IMG/VR virus record: IMGVR_UViG_3300042691_032761
Length of the DNA: 64,000 nt
Source: a virus
Direction: 5' to 3' (one strand)
The stretch's first letter is position 1; the number at the start of each line of letters is the position of its first letter. Below are positions 31,505-41,888 of this stretch, piece after piece. A program made the position numbers and the translations under genes. The notes under the pieces are model-generated. The model did no database searches and was not told the origin of the DNA. It worked only from the letters and a program-made list of their open reading frames with translations.

Positions 31505-32530
31505 TTAAAACTTTGTTCCTAGCATTTGTTTAACTTGCTTATAAAGCTCAGTATATGCTTCGTCATTTTCTAATAGAAAGTTTCTAATCTTTTCTGTTCC
31601 TTGAAACTTATTTTTTTCATCTTTTAAAAATGATAGAGTGTACCATGCCCCAGCCTTATTAATGAGACCAATATCTGTAGCCAAAGTAATAAGTTCCATA
31701 TATCTATCAATACCTTGGCCATATCTAAGATAAGAAGTTATGATTCCTCCGGGCGGACTTAAAGCAGAGCATATAACTTGCCACTCAACTTCTTGACCAA
31801 TTTGAGTATTGTCTGTTCCTAACAACCATGGTTTAAAAGTTTTTGCTCTTAGTTTTATATCTGTTTGATAAGCAATAGCCTGACCACTCTTCTCTTTAAA
31901 TTCTGCACCATATCCTGTGGGATTACCCATTAAGTGAGTAATTCCTATAACAACATTTTTATTTACTGGAATTACATTAGCAACCTTTCGACAAAATTTT
32001 GCCAGTAATTTTGCTCCATCTGCTCTTTGCATTTTATCCATATCTGTTGTAATTTCTGCTTCTGTGCATAGAGCAGAATACGAGTCGATGATTAGTACAC
32101 TTCCTGGCTCTTGGTTGATAATTCTTTCAGCAATTTGTAGATATTCTTCTGCGTGTAAAATTTTTCCGGTCTGAGATCCTATTACCTGAAACTTATCTAA
32201 GTTTAATCCTGGTATTCCTTCTAAGTCTCTTTTCTTCAATCTACCTTCAATGTTAAGGTAGTACACGTTTCTGCCATCAGCAAAAGAATCCGAACCATAT
32301 TCTGGCTGTTGAGCAGTAGCGGCGAATGCTAAACTTGTTGTTGTTTTACCACATTTGGGCTGGCCAGTCAAAACAACAAAACTTCCTTCTGGAATTCCTC
32401 CTCCTAAAACCATGTCTAAAGACGGACTGACAGGGATGACAACAGACTTCTTGTCCACAACAGCCGCAGCACTAACAATAATGTTTGCTCCAAAATCTTT
32501 TGTTACACTGTCTTTTAATTTAGTGCTCAT
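31505..32530 (-). CDS. recA: RecA/UvsX recombinase
   Basis: SLDMVLGGGIP, GQPKCGKTT, IIDS and KAGAWY motifs. Confidence 0.92.
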   Translation of the reverse strand: MSTKLKDSVTKDFGANIIVSAAAVVDKKSVVIPVSPSLDMVLGGGIPEGSFVVLTGQPKCGKTTTSLAFAATAQQPEYGSDSFADGRNVYYLNIEGRLKKRDLEGIPGLNLDKFQVIGSQTGKILHAEEYLQIAERIINQEPGSVLIIDSYSALCTEAEITTDMDKMQRADGAKLLAKFCRKVANVIPVNKNVVIGITHLMGNPTGYGAEFKEKSGQAIAYQTDIKLRAKTFKPWLLGTDNTQIGQEVEWQVICSALSPPGGIITSYLRYGQGIDRYMELITLATDIGLINKAGAWYTLSFLKDEKNKFQGTEKIRNFLLENDEAYTELYKQVKQMLGTKF

Positions 32531-32939
32531 TATCAATTTCCTTTATAAGATCTAAGATATTTTTTGATTTAATTTTTTGTTGACCGGCAGAATTCTCTAC
32601 TCTTTTTATATCTGTTACTTTTTCGTCTTTCTGCTTTTCCAGCTTTTCCTGCTCCTGTTGTATTATAGCAACAAGGTGCGGAGCCCTCAACGAATAAATT
32701 TTTTGTGCTTTCGTTGTTTTTAAGGCATTAATTATTGCTTTTGGCAAATAGGTTTTTAAGAGTTTATTTGCTGTAAAAATTTGAGATTTGTAAAAACTTG
32801 CCCATTCTTTATTAAGCCAAAATCTATAATGAAGATCTTTCTTATTTTTGTTGGCTAAATGCTCACATATAATCTCTGTTATATATTGAGCAGCAGAGAC
32901 GGTTTTGCCATTCGAATATTTCGAAATATATTTTTGCAT
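32520..32939 (-). CDS. Hypothetical protein
   Basis: Coupled ORF within the operon. Confidence 0.6.
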   Translation of the reverse strand: MQKYISKYSNGKTVSAAQYITEIICEHLANKNKKDLHYRFWLNKEWASFYKSQIFTANKLLKTYLPKAIINALKTTKAQKIYSLRAPHLVAIIQQEQEKLEKQKDEKVTDIKRVENSAGQQKIKSKNILDLIKEIDNEH

Positions 32940-32942
32940 TGA

Positions 32943-33266
32943 TCAGCGAGGTCTGTAGATATGATCAGAATTTTGTTTTAGAGTATTATTTTGCTTTGAG
33001 GCGTCTGCCAACTCTGATGCCTCTTTGGTCATAATGGCAACGCTATTTGTTTTCTTGTCCCTAGTATGTCTTATCATTAAATCACTAGCAGTAACTTTGG
33101 ATGTTGTCGCTGGTATATTATTTTCTTTAGATGCTATCTGATTTTTTTCTACATATTTTTGAACAATATCTACTGGTAGTTTAAGTTCTGTTGATATATC
33201 TAAGGCGTTTTTATCTTGAGTCAATAAATATTGTATCGCATACGATTGAGTCTTATTCAATTTCAT
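32943..33266 (-). CDS. Hypothetical protein, possible HTH
   Basis: ATGA overlap at 33263-33266; ALDISTELKLPVDIVQKYV is HTH-like. Confidence 0.55.
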   Translation of the reverse strand: MKLNKTQSYAIQYLLTQDKNALDISTELKLPVDIVQKYVEKNQIASKENNIPATTSKVTASDLMIRHTRDKKTNSVAIMTKEASELADASKQNNTLKQNSDHIYRPR

Positions 33267-33637
33267 CGTAGTTCCCTTTCTGCTATATTGAGATGAGCAA
33301 TGTTTTTTGTTCTTAAAAAGCACAAATATATATCAAATATTTTTTGATTTACTTCTGTAAATTCCCATTCTGGCTTTCCGCTTCTTTTGGAAAAATTATT
33401 TCCTCTTCCTTCAGAAAAAATTCCGATTGGATTGTATACTCTACCATGCGGACCAACCTTTATCAAGTATCTTGTTTTAGTATCAGAGCTTACTATTTTT
33501 TTTGCTAGGACATCTTTTGACTCTTCGTCTATTACAGGATTGTTATCTTCGTCAAAAGAGTCGTGTTTACCTAAAATTGTATAAGTGTATACTTTTCTTG
33601 TTTTTTCTTCTTCTGGTCTAGGGTTAAATATCCCCAT
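33263..33637 (-). CDS. Hypothetical protein
   Basis: Coupled ORF. Confidence 0.6.
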   Translation of the reverse strand: MGIFNPRPEEEKTRKVYTYTILGKHDSFDEDNNPVIDEESKDVLAKKIVSSDTKTRYLIKVGPHGRVYNPIGIFSEGRGNNFSKRSGKPEWEFTEVNQKIFDIYLCFLRTKNIAHLNIAERELR

Positions 33638-34040
33638 CGGTGTTCTCCTGTTTAAAGACCTTGGAACATGTTTCTTCCAATACTGATTGTATGGAATTAT
33701 AAAATTCTTCTATAAATGGACGATAATTTTGTATAGAAAAATCTATAAGATAATCATTACTAATTTGCTCTATTTTTATTGGTTCTTTATATTTATCGTT
33801 AACACCTTGAATAACCTCTGTTGTTACATTGATTTTAACAGTGTATGGCAAAGGAGTTTCGCTATCTGTAATAACACGACTCTCATATAATTGTTTATTT
33901 ACTTCGTATTCTTTTTCCGCAAGTAATATTTCTGCTTTTTTTATTTTGTTTTCTAGCTCAACAAATTTTATTATATCTTCGGCAGATATGATTGAGGAGA
34001 TAATATCTTGAGCTTGTTTATCTTCTAAGATTTTGTCCAT
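33624..34040 (-). CDS. Hypothetical protein
   Basis: Coupled acidic ORF. Confidence 0.55.
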   Translation of the reverse strand: MDKILEDKQAQDIISSIISAEDIIKFVELENKIKKAEILLAEKEYEVNKQLYESRVITDSETPLPYTVKINVTTEVIQGVNDKYKEPIKIEQISNDYLIDFSIQNYRPFIEEFYNSIQSVLEETCSKVFKQENTDGDI

Positions 34041-34375
34041 TTGATTTTCTCTGGTTTTTTCATACGAGACATCCCTTTTGGTAATGGCTTGTCTGATTGT
34101 TCTTCTTTGTAAGAATTGTGCTTTTTGTATAAGTGCATTTTTTGATCATCACTCATTTTATCTCTGTTTCTATTGGCCAAATCTCCAATAGTTTTTAGCT
34201 CGGTATCAGACTTTTTAACCGATGTGTTCTGTGTTGCCACATCCTTGACATACTCTCTAGACGTATTTATAGAATTGCATCTAATACAAATTGGTTTTTC
34301 TACATAATCTTTTATGTAAAAAAACAGTTCAAAAGATGTATTACATTCTTCACAGACGTATGAATAAGTAGGCAT
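34025..34375 (-). CDS. FmdB-family zinc-ribbon protein
   Basis: MPTYSYVCEEC...CIRC; TAATG overlap at 34375. Confidence 0.8.
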   Translation of the reverse strand: MPTYSYVCEECNTSFELFFYIKDYVEKPICIRCNSINTSREYVKDVATQNTSVKKSDTELKTIGDLANRNRDKMSDDQKMHLYKKHNSYKEEQSDKPLPKGMSRMKKPEKIKWTKS

Positions 34376-34962
34376 TATATTGAATATGACTCTGGCAAAT
34401 AAACAAACCACTCTTCCGGTATCTCTGCTCTTATTTTAATCAGGTGGTGGGTGATTGGCAAGTATTTTGAATGCTTCTGTGGTACTGTTGGCAACTTTTT
34501 AAGTGGCATATTAGCCTGTTTGGGCGTTCTATTTCCTTTCCTTCTATTACATATGACACACGCCGTAACTATATTTGTCCAATTTGTAGGACTGCCTCCA
34601 TTTTCATAGTTCCATAATGATTTTGGTATTACATGGTCGTATGTTAATTGATTGATTTCAAATTTATTTCCACAATATTGACAAACATGATCGTCACGAA
34701 TAAATAAGTTTTTACGAGAAAATTTTACTCTTTGACTCGATATCTTAAAATATCTTGCTGTCTTTGCAACAGCTGGTATTGGATATTTTTTATTGTTTGC
34801 TCCTATGATACAATCATCCTTATAGAAGTCTACAATTTCTATTCCACAATTTTTATTTTTTTCATGCTTTAATGCCCAAATTATTGCTTTCGTCCAATCA
34901 ATAATAGCCAATGGAGAATAGTCGGCATTTAAAACGAGACATTTACTGTTTTTGCTCTGCAT
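34375..34962 (-). CDS. HNH endonuclease
   Basis: LVLNADYSPL, RDDHVCQYC, TYDHVIP and NIVTACVICN motifs. Confidence 0.9.
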   Translation of the reverse strand: MQSKNSKCLVLNADYSPLAIIDWTKAIIWALKHEKNKNCGIEIVDFYKDDCIIGANNKKYPIPAVAKTARYFKISSQRVKFSRKNLFIRDDHVCQYCGNKFEINQLTYDHVIPKSLWNYENGGSPTNWTNIVTACVICNRRKGNRTPKQANMPLKKLPTVPQKHSKYLPITHHLIKIRAEIPEEWFVYLPESYSI

Positions 34963-35677
34963 GTTCGTAAGAATCTAATCTTGCTAATATTTTTACAATT
35001 ATAGGATTTCTAACAATATCTGATCCATTTAGTTCTGATATACCTATGCCATCAACATTATTCAGAGCGGACATTATGTCTGTAAATCCACCCCTCATGT
35101 GTCTGTGAAGATCGCTTTGTCCAGCATCTCCAGTTAGAACCATTTTACTGTCTGTGCCAGTTCTAGTCAATAACATTTTTAATTGTTCATAGGTTGCGTT
35201 TTGACATTCGTCTGCTACAATAAAACTATTATGGAAGTTTCTTCCTCTCATTAATCCAAGAGGAACAACTTCTATTTTATTATTTAATTTTAACGTTGCA
35301 TAAAGAGCGGGGCTTATGAAATGATTGATTTCGTCCAATATAGGCAATAAATATGGATGCAGCTTTTCTTCTGCGGTTCCTGGAAGATAACCAATTTTTT
35401 CTCCTGCTTCTATAACTGGTCTAGTTATAATAATCTTTTTTACTTTATTTTCAAGCAAATATTCCAATGCCATGCCAATAGCAATGTGGGTTTTCCCGCT
35501 ACCAGCCAAACCTTGACAGAATGTAATAGTATTCTCTGCTATGGTACGAATATATTCTTTTTGATTTTCTGTTCTAGGTTTTAATCTATTCCTGTATGCG
35601 GCAGCATTCTCATTAATAATGGGATTGGTAGCGTCAATCACTTTATTCTTTTTTTGTTTTTTAGTATTTTTTCTCAA
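34943..35677 (-). CDS. phoH: PhoH-family ATPase
   Basis: GLAGSGKT, GYLPG, MRGRNF, DECQN and GDAGQSD motifs; TTG start. Confidence 0.95.
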   Translation of the reverse strand: MRKNTKKQKKNKVIDATNPIINENAAAYRNRLKPRTENQKEYIRTIAENTITFCQGLAGSGKTHIAIGMALEYLLENKVKKIIITRPVIEAGEKIGYLPGTAEEKLHPYLLPILDEINHFISPALYATLKLNNKIEVVPLGLMRGRNFHNSFIVADECQNATYEQLKMLLTRTGTDSKMVLTGDAGQSDLHRHMRGGFTDIMSALNNVDGIGISELNGSDIVRNPIIVKILARLDSYEHAEQKQ

Positions 35678-35699
35678 GTTTTGCCCTTTACGGAAAGAG

Positions 35700-37895
35700 T
35701 TAAATTAGACATGCTCCACCAGCACAACTAACTTCCTCTATCCCAGCAGTATTATCTTCCGTTTCTGATAGTTGTGTATAATCAACTTTTTGAAAGCTAT
35801 CAAATAAATCACAATATAATTTCCAATTATGTACATCTTTCATACAATATGTGAGTCTTTTGACATCTCCGTCGAAATATTTACCAGCAAAATTTTTCAT
35901 CTTGGTTATGAATAACAACTTATCTTGATTGTCTGTCTCTTTAGCCTGATTCATATTGACATAATCACAGGCTGCCCACAAGTTATTATGGAATGCATTT
36001 AGGGCAAGTTCTATTAAACCAGAACACCATAATGCAGCATCTCCGTATTCCTTTACTATTTCTCTACTAGTATAGACAGTAGTAAATGGCGCTTGTGGAT
36101 AGTCTTTATCTCCACTTTGAGGAATAAGACTAATTCCAGCAAAGTATTTTCTATTATCAAAGATATAATTGGTCACATCATCCCACTCGTCTGGTTTAAC
36201 GGTAACAGTATTGCTCACATTATGACTTAAATATTCTTGTGTGCATAATGATTTATTTTTACCATTGTTAACCCAGTGCTTTTGTGTTTCTTTGACAACA
36301 GAAAGCATCTCTACTGCTGGTAATTGGTTTTTTAATTTGGCTCCGTCTGGAACCTCAATTGGAAATTTAATTACCTCATCCGTATTATTGGCTGACCACG
36401 ATGATTTCTCACAGGCTTGTGGATTTATCTTTTTAAAGTGTTGGTATGGTGCCTCTAAAACATTTGCCTGTACATGGCGTATATATCGCTTGGCGTGATG
36501 TGGGTGGATACCTGAACTAGTACCAAGCATACTTGAACTTGTGCCTTCTGGTTTTAAACAAGTTACCCTTGCGGCCTGATTGATATTTATTTTTTTAGCC
36601 ATCTCTTTATTGGTTTCAACAGCAATCTTTGCTCCGTTCTTTAATACTTTTTCAGTAAGAACAAGATCGTGTTTCTCCATTGTGCCAGTTAATGACACAC
36701 CGAGCAGAGACTCTCTTGCAAAAATCTTTTCGCTAACATTTCCAAGATATGCTAGTGTTGTGAATCCTGCTTGTAGAGTACCAATTATTGAAGCAGCACG
36801 GCATCTCTCATAAAAATCATCTTCGTCTACTACGCTAGAGCAATTAATGGTGGACAAGTTGCATCCTTGCCAACCGCTCTTGCCAGTTTCCTCGTCTACT
36901 GGCCACATGCCAATTTCTACACAAGGATTAAAAATCATTTCTGTTGATTCGCTCCAAATAAATCCTGGTTCACCAAACTCTTTAACGCTTTCCATTAACA
37001 TCTGGAACTCTTCAAGAGTTGTTTCGTTTTTAAGCAAGAGTGCAGAATTATTGCTTCGTGCTCTTTGTGGATTTTCGACATACCAATTACCAGTTTTAGC
37101 TTTGGCCATGTCTTCATCGTCTGGACTAAACAATGCCAGACTAGCGCTTCTACGAACACCTCCGCTTAATACGGCATCGCTACTATGCATAACAATATCA
37201 TATGCATCAATTGGGCGTAGTTTTTTTTGTCCATTTGATACGCAACGGTCTAACAAATTTCGTATCTTTTCTAGACCATTTTGTAAAGGCTCAAATCCTG
37301 GAGCTTTTCCTACTCCACTTGCTAGAGGAGAACCTTTTGGACGAATATTAGAATAGTCAAATACAACGTAGCTATTCTTATAGATTTTAAACTCTTCAAT
37401 AGGTTTACTAAAATAACTACTCAAAAGAACACCAAGAGCATCTGCCCAGCCTTCTATGCTATCTTCTATAACATATTTTATACCCTGATTATTATTTGGA
37501 ACTTCATGTTCTAGTGTTGGTAGTTTAGAGACATGGTGTTTTTGAACACTAAAACCGGTGCCACTCCCACACAATAGAAGCCAAAAACATTCTTGAAAAA
37601 ATCGTAATCTGTCACAATAAGAACTTGTGCAATTATAGATTTTTGCGTGTCTCTTTAAGATTGGATCTCCACCAAATTGGAGTCCTCTTTGGGATCCTAA
37701 AACCTTCTTTTTATGCATAATATCATATGCCCAATCTATTTCGTCAGAAATACCAAATTTGTCATACTGAACATGCATCATATCTCTAACGCGGTCTACT
37801 GCTTCTTTCCATGTTTCTCTACGATTTTTGTCTTCTAGCCAACGAGCATATTTGCTAACAAATGTATAATTCTGAAGTTCTTGAAGCGCAGACAT
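35700..37895 (-). CDS. nrdJ: Class II (adenosylcobalamin-dependent) ribonucleotide reductase
   Basis: YNC, GGVRRSA, NPCVEI, CNL and KPEGT motifs; C-terminal CAGGAC; no beta-subunit gene alongside. Confidence 0.85.
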   Translation of the reverse strand: MSALQELQNYTFVSKYARWLEDKNRRETWKEAVDRVRDMMHVQYDKFGISDEIDWAYDIMHKKKVLGSQRGLQFGGDPILKRHAKIYNCTSSYCDRLRFFQECFWLLLCGSGTGFSVQKHHVSKLPTLEHEVPNNNQGIKYVIEDSIEGWADALGVLLSSYFSKPIEEFKIYKNSYVVFDYSNIRPKGSPLASGVGKAPGFEPLQNGLEKIRNLLDRCVSNGQKKLRPIDAYDIVMHSSDAVLSGGVRRSASLALFSPDDEDMAKAKTGNWYVENPQRARSNNSALLLKNETTLEEFQMLMESVKEFGEPGFIWSESTEMIFNPCVEIGMWPVDEETGKSGWQGCNLSTINCSSVVDEDDFYERCRAASIIGTLQAGFTTLAYLGNVSEKIFARESLLGVSLTGTMEKHDLVLTEKVLKNGAKIAVETNKEMAKKININQAARVTCLKPEGTSSSMLGTSSGIHPHHAKRYIRHVQANVLEAPYQHFKKINPQACEKSSWSANNTDEVIKFPIEVPDGAKLKNQLPAVEMLSVVKETQKHWVNNGKNKSLCTQEYLSHNVSNTVTVKPDEWDDVTNYIFDNRKYFAGISLIPQSGDKDYPQAPFTTVYTSREIVKEYGDAALWCSGLIELALNAFHNNLWAACDYVNMNQAKETDNQDKLLFITKMKNFAGKYFDGDVKRLTYCMKDVHNWKLYCDLFDSFQKVDYTQLSETEDNTAGIEEVSCAGGACLI

Positions 37896-37896
37896 A

Positions 37897-38052
37897 TTAT
37901 CTCCTATGTAAATTATCCAGTAAATAAAACGTGCTTATAAAGCCAAGTATTACTAATCCTTTAAATGATCTATCCATCATTTCGATATTTCCAGTAATAC
38001 TGTTGTAGAGAAAATTAAATAAAAATAAATAAAATATGATTATGTATATCAT
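37897..38052 (-). CDS. Small membrane protein
   Basis: Two hydrophobic stretches; ATGA overlap with the deaminase stop. Confidence 0.45.
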   Translation of the reverse strand: MIYIIIFYLFLFNFLYNSITGNIEMMDRSFKGLVILGFISTFYLLDNLHRR

Positions 38053-38519
38053 AATACACCAGTCAGTTGTTTCAACCAAGAAAGATCCGGCGTTACTTTT
38101 TCGATTTTTAGACCACTTAGTTTCACAAACTGATCAAAAATTGTTTTTTGATTTTCATCAAACTTATGAGTTCCATGACTGTCAGACATAATTATCTGGG
38201 TCACTCCTTCTTGCCACAATGCCATAACACAATCATTGCAGCACTGTCCTGTAACATACGCTATGCCGTTATCTGGTCTAACAACACAATTACTAAGAGC
38301 ATTTCTTTCAGCATGAATCATCCAAGCATATTTTTCTGGACGAGTTAATGGCAAATAACTATCATCTAGTCCTTTTGGAAATCCATTGTATCCAACACCC
38401 AATATGCGGTTAGACCTATCGGTTATAACGCATCCGTGCTGAGTGTGTATATCATGACTTCTTTGAGAAGCCACTTTTGCTAAGCCTAAAAAATAATTTG
38501 TCCACGTTGGTCTGCTCAT
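38049..38519 (-). CDS. dCMP deaminase
   Basis: GYNG, HAERNAL and CCNDC zinc motifs. Confidence 0.9.
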   Translation of the reverse strand: MSRPTWTNYFLGLAKVASQRSHDIHTQHGCVITDRSNRILGVGYNGFPKGLDDSYLPLTRPEKYAWMIHAERNALSNCVVRPDNGIAYVTGQCCNDCVMALWQEGVTQIIMSDSHGTHKFDENQKTIFDQFVKLSGLKIEKVTPDLSWLKQLTGVL

Positions 38520-38525
38520 GGAGTT

Positions 38526-38553
38526 ATTATAGGCTATATGGTCAAGAAGTCAA
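38526..38553 (-). promoter_or_regulatory. Sigma70-like promoter TTGACT-N16-TATAAT, likely leaderless
   Basis: Plus-strand AGTCAA at 38548-38553 and ATTATA at 38526-38531; only 6 nt separate the -10 box from the ATG at 38519. Confidence 0.7.
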
Positions 38554-38555
38554 GA

Positions 38556-38804
38556 CTACTTTTTGGTCACCTTGTTATATAGAACAAGCGTTAAAATACC
38601 ACCAGCGATTCCCATTAATATGCCAGCAGGAGATACTGCATTATATTGCCCAAGCATATAAAGAATAGCTCCTCCCATATATGAGCCAGCAACGCCCAAT
38701 GCTACTGTTTTTACAAAACCGAAATTTTCTTCGCCAGGAACTATGCTTTTTGCTATAGAACCAACAAATAAACCATAAACACACCACACTAATATATTAA
38801 ACAT
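38556..38804 (-). CDS. GlsB/YeaQ/YmgE (transglycosylase-associated) membrane protein
   Basis: GLFVGSIAKSIVPG...LGVAGSYMGG; three TM segments. Confidence 0.85.
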   Translation of the reverse strand: MFNILVWCVYGLFVGSIAKSIVPGEENFGFVKTVALGVAGSYMGGAILYMLGQYNAVSPAGILMGIAGGILTLVLYNKVTKK

Positions 38805-39201
38805 TTGCTGCCTCCACTAAGGTAATAACTTCATCATCCTTGAGATTTTCTCCTGCATCTAGCATTGCTTCAACTATTTTTATTCCATATTTATTGTAAT
38901 CTTCTGGGCTAAGTTCTCTCTTGACAATTCTTTTCATTCTCAATCTTGTGAACCACCCTCTTTTTTTACTAAAGGTTCTGATTTCTGCCCCATAAACAGC
39001 ATATTTGTCTTGAGATGTCATGTCTTTAGTTTTATTTTTATTGCATTCTTGCAGCACTCTTATGACTGTTAAGATAATGCTGATCATCATCAAAACAGCA
39101 ATAACGCTGCCAAATTTTTGGTCTTGAGGAACATTGGCTTTAGCCAATACTCTCTGCGATATTTCTTTTAGTTTTTGATTTTTTTCTTCATCATTTGTCA
39201 T
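38797..39201 (-). CDS. Hypothetical membrane protein
   Basis: TM segment FGSVIAVLMMISIILTVI. Confidence 0.6.
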   Translation of the reverse strand: MTNDEEKNQKLKEISQRVLAKANVPQDQKFGSVIAVLMMISIILTVIRVLQECNKNKTKDMTSQDKYAVYGAEIRTFSKKRGWFTRLRMKRIVKRELSPEDYNKYGIKIVEAMLDAGENLKDDEVITLVEAANV

Positions 39202-39204
39202 ATA

Positions 39205-39534
39205 TCACCTTGTTGTTGGTCTGCACACACCATCTGGACACGACTGTTTTATTGTTGCTGGTGGATGGACTATAATTTTTGGTGGCTCTGTTTTAGTTTC
39301 TGGTTCGCAATATCCGCAGTCCACTTTTTTGATACCATCGCCACTCCAATACCATCCGGCACCCTTACATACTGGACAATCTTTTCTTTTGTATTTTTTA
39401 CCAGTATTATCAACATTACGAGCTTTTATTATACTTCCAGCAACCGTGACAGCAGCAGTTGTTGATACATCTAATGATGCATAATTGCCAATAAACATAG
39501 AGGCTACGATAATAGTTGCTAAAATACTTTTCAT
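39205..39534 (-). CDS. Exported protein with CxxCxGxG motif
   Basis: Signal-like N-terminus MKSILATIIVASMFIG; CPVCKGAG...CGYC; terminal CPDGVC. Confidence 0.6.
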   Translation of the reverse strand: MKSILATIIVASMFIGNYASLDVSTTAAVTVAGSIIKARNVDNTGKKYKRKDCPVCKGAGWYWSGDGIKKVDCGYCEPETKTEPPKIIVHPPATIKQSCPDGVCRPTTR

Positions 39535-39689
39535 TTTTTCTTTCTCCATCTTGGAAAGATTTTTTTGTCTGGCTTAGGAATTTCTATTTCATCTAAAACT
39601 TTTGGATTAAAAATTTTGATTAAACTCAAAATAAAATTTGATACTATACTTATTAATCTATTTAATACTATTTTATCTAATAGTTTCAT
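39531..39689 (-). CDS. Small amphipathic protein (52 aa), absent from the ORF track
   Basis: MKLLDKIVLNRLISIVSNFILSLIKIF...PRWRKKK*; ATGA overlaps at both ends. Confidence 0.65.
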   Translation of the reverse strand: MKLLDKIVLNRLISIVSNFILSLIKIFNPKVLDEIEIPKPDKKIFPRWRKKK

Positions 39690-40462
39690 AAACCATACCT
39701 ATTATTCATTTCAGTTAAACTAGAAGAAATTTGTGATGCTGTCAAGGCTGCGTTTCTATAAACTTTTAATAAACTTATGTAACCAGTATAAAATTCCGAT
39801 ACATTATGTGCTGAGTAACCTAGTAATAAGCCCTGAGAAGGATTAACAGAAGCAGGAGCGGAACCATCAACAACCAGCGTATCTCCAACATACAGTTTCA
39901 CGTTTGTGCCAGATTTCACAATTGCTATCTGGGTCCATTCGTTCAAAGGCAAATTGACAGTAGAGTTCCAATCGTAAGCTGTTCCTGCTATGTATAGGGA
40001 ATCAGGTGATGATATATCATTCCACCTTAACATGACTCCATTTTCATAAGTGCCAATATTAAGAATTGTATGGAAAGATAGTAAATTTCCAGCTATTCTA
40101 GTCCATACTAAAATACTAAATGAATCTGTGCCAAAGTTTAAATAACCATTATAATTATTATCATAAACACTTTCGGCACCATTAAACAGCATAGCACTAC
40201 CATAAGTTGTAGTATACATGCCTCCATAGCTTAGTGTCAAATCATTACTAGGAGCGGCCAAATCATACCATGTTGTTCCGGTTCCAGGATAACTAGTTGA
40301 ATTATCAGCATCTACGCTTAAAACTAGCGAGCCACCGGGTTGAGCAGAATAAACATAAAATGCGTTTTCATTGTATGAATAATCGCTATAATCTATATGA
40401 AAGGTCTGAGCTTTTCTAATATAAAAAGAAGAATTATTTTTTCTAACAAAATAATCTGTCAT
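39686..40462 (-). CDS. LamG/concanavalin A-like lectin domain protein
   Basis: SYPGTGTTWYDL, FSILVW, WTQIAIV, KLYV and YRNAALT motifs. Confidence 0.8.
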   Translation of the reverse strand: MTDYFVRKNNSSFYIRKAQTFHIDYSDYSYNENAFYVYSAQPGGSLVLSVDADNSTSYPGTGTTWYDLAAPSNDLTLSYGGMYTTTYGSAMLFNGAESVYDNNYNGYLNFGTDSFSILVWTRIAGNLLSFHTILNIGTYENGVMLRWNDISSPDSLYIAGTAYDWNSTVNLPLNEWTQIAIVKSGTNVKLYVGDTLVVDGSAPASVNPSQGLLLGYSAHNVSEFYTGYISLLKVYRNAALTASQISSSLTEMNNRYGL

Positions 40463-41388
40463 AAATAATCCTCAAAACCATAAGAAGGAAGTTTTTGTAC
40501 TGGAAATCCATCAAAATTACTAAACGCATAACTACCATTTTGAGCTAGCATTCCAGCAGCAACATCTGAGCGTATTAAAAATGAGCCATCTGGAATTGGA
40601 CCCCATTCTGGATGACCGCCATCATTCCATTTGCCCCAACTATTTTGTACTAAGAATAATGGTTCACTACCAGTATCATCACACGCTATCCAAGCCATGC
40701 AATGAGCCCAACTACCACTAACATTAGATATTCCCTTTTTATCTCTCTTATTGCTAAATCCATAACTAGAACATACTGCTAAACCATAACCGTTTGCTAG
40801 CGCATCTCTTGCTTCGTCTATTGTTTTTACTAAACTGACTGTTTTAATTTGATGATCGTTTGCAGCATCTATTACAACATCTGGTAGACCTCTCGCTCCC
40901 CATCCTGCTCCAAGGTTACCATTATATTTACTAAAATCAGCTACTCCCTTATAGTTCTTACGCAAAAGGATTCCTCCATTTTTACTAACAAATTCTGCTG
41001 CTCTTGAGCAACTCATTCCTTGGCCTCCATGACCCCTAGCGCCATAAATAGCTTCTGTTGCACCTCTAGCAATCCATGCTTCTCTTTCTCCATGCACATC
41101 TATTTCTACTGCTCTACTAACATCACAAGCACTTCGTGTTCCATGACTAACACAATCTCCAGTGGTTTGTCTTTCTTCATAAGCTTTTTTATCAAATTTT
41201 AATACACTCTTATATGGCGTTGATAATTTCCCCTTACCACTCCCTACTATTTTTTTGTTTGCTCCATCTCCAAATAGTGGATATTTGCTTACCTCCATCA
41301 GATGGTCAAAAACATGCTGTTCCCATAAGCAACCACTAAAACCTTTTCTATAATTGTTATATAACTCTTCAGGAGTGTATCTTGCCAT
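40459..41388 (-). CDS. Papain-like (C1 family) cysteine peptidase
   Basis: Q-x-x-GDCVSH (oxyanion Gln and catalytic Cys), WAHCM (His) and QNSWG (Asn). Confidence 0.85.
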   Translation of the reverse strand: MARYTPEELYNNYRKGFSGCLWEQHVFDHLMEVSKYPLFGDGANKKIVGSGKGKLSTPYKSVLKFDKKAYEERQTTGDCVSHGTRSACDVSRAVEIDVHGEREAWIARGATEAIYGARGHGGQGMSCSRAAEFVSKNGGILLRKNYKGVADFSKYNGNLGAGWGARGLPDVVIDAANDHQIKTVSLVKTIDEARDALANGYGLAVCSSYGFSNKRDKKGISNVSGSWAHCMAWIACDDTGSEPLFLVQNSWGKWNDGGHPEWGPIPDGSFLIRSDVAAGMLAQNGSYAFSNFDGFPVQKLPSYGFEDYL

Positions 41389-41888
41389 TATTTGCTTCCT
41401 TCGTTGCAAGCCCATGATAAAGCACGAAATCCGTCTACAGACTTTGTTCTTAAAGTATCTGTAAGTGGAACAGAATCATCACCAATAATACTAACAATAA
41501 GATCATTACATGATTTTGCAAGATTAGAGTACTTGCCTTTTATATCCATCTTTAACATTAGTCCGGCCAAAGAATTAGCTTGACGAATTTCTTCTGTATT
41601 TTTTATAACAGCATCTTCACCATTCAGAGATATCAATGTTGCTAAATCATTGTATAATTCAGCTAATTTAACTCCATCTACTTTTCTTCCTGACCCGCCA
41701 GATCTTAAAGCATCCACAACTTTTAAAGCCATAATTTCTAAATCTTTATCTGATGGTTTTTCAATAACAACAACAGATGGTCTTGTTACTGTACCGCCAG
41801 TATTGATCCAGTTTGATAAATCTGGTTTAAAAAGTCCTATGGCTATTAATGCAACACCAACTCCTAGTAAAAGCTTGTTATTCATCAC
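41388..41888 (-). CDS. Hypothetical protein with N-terminal membrane anchor
   Basis: KLLLGVGVALIAIGLF hydrophobic segment. Confidence 0.6.
   Translation of the reverse strand: MMNNKLLLGVGVALIAIGLFKPDLSNWINTGGTVTRPSVVVIEKPSDKDLEIMALKVVDALRSGGSGRKVDGVKLAELYNDLATLISLNGEDAVIKNTEEIRQANSLAGLMLKMDIKGKYSNLAKSCNDLIVSIIGDDSVPLTDTLRTKSVDGFRALSWACNEGSK

Noticed and set aside
36241-37356. Plus-strand ORFs opposite nrdJ, and similar antisense ORFs opposite ssb, guaC, the protease and the actin-like gene
   Set aside because: They are shadow frames of well-supported minus-strand genes, with no motifs or ribosome-binding sites.
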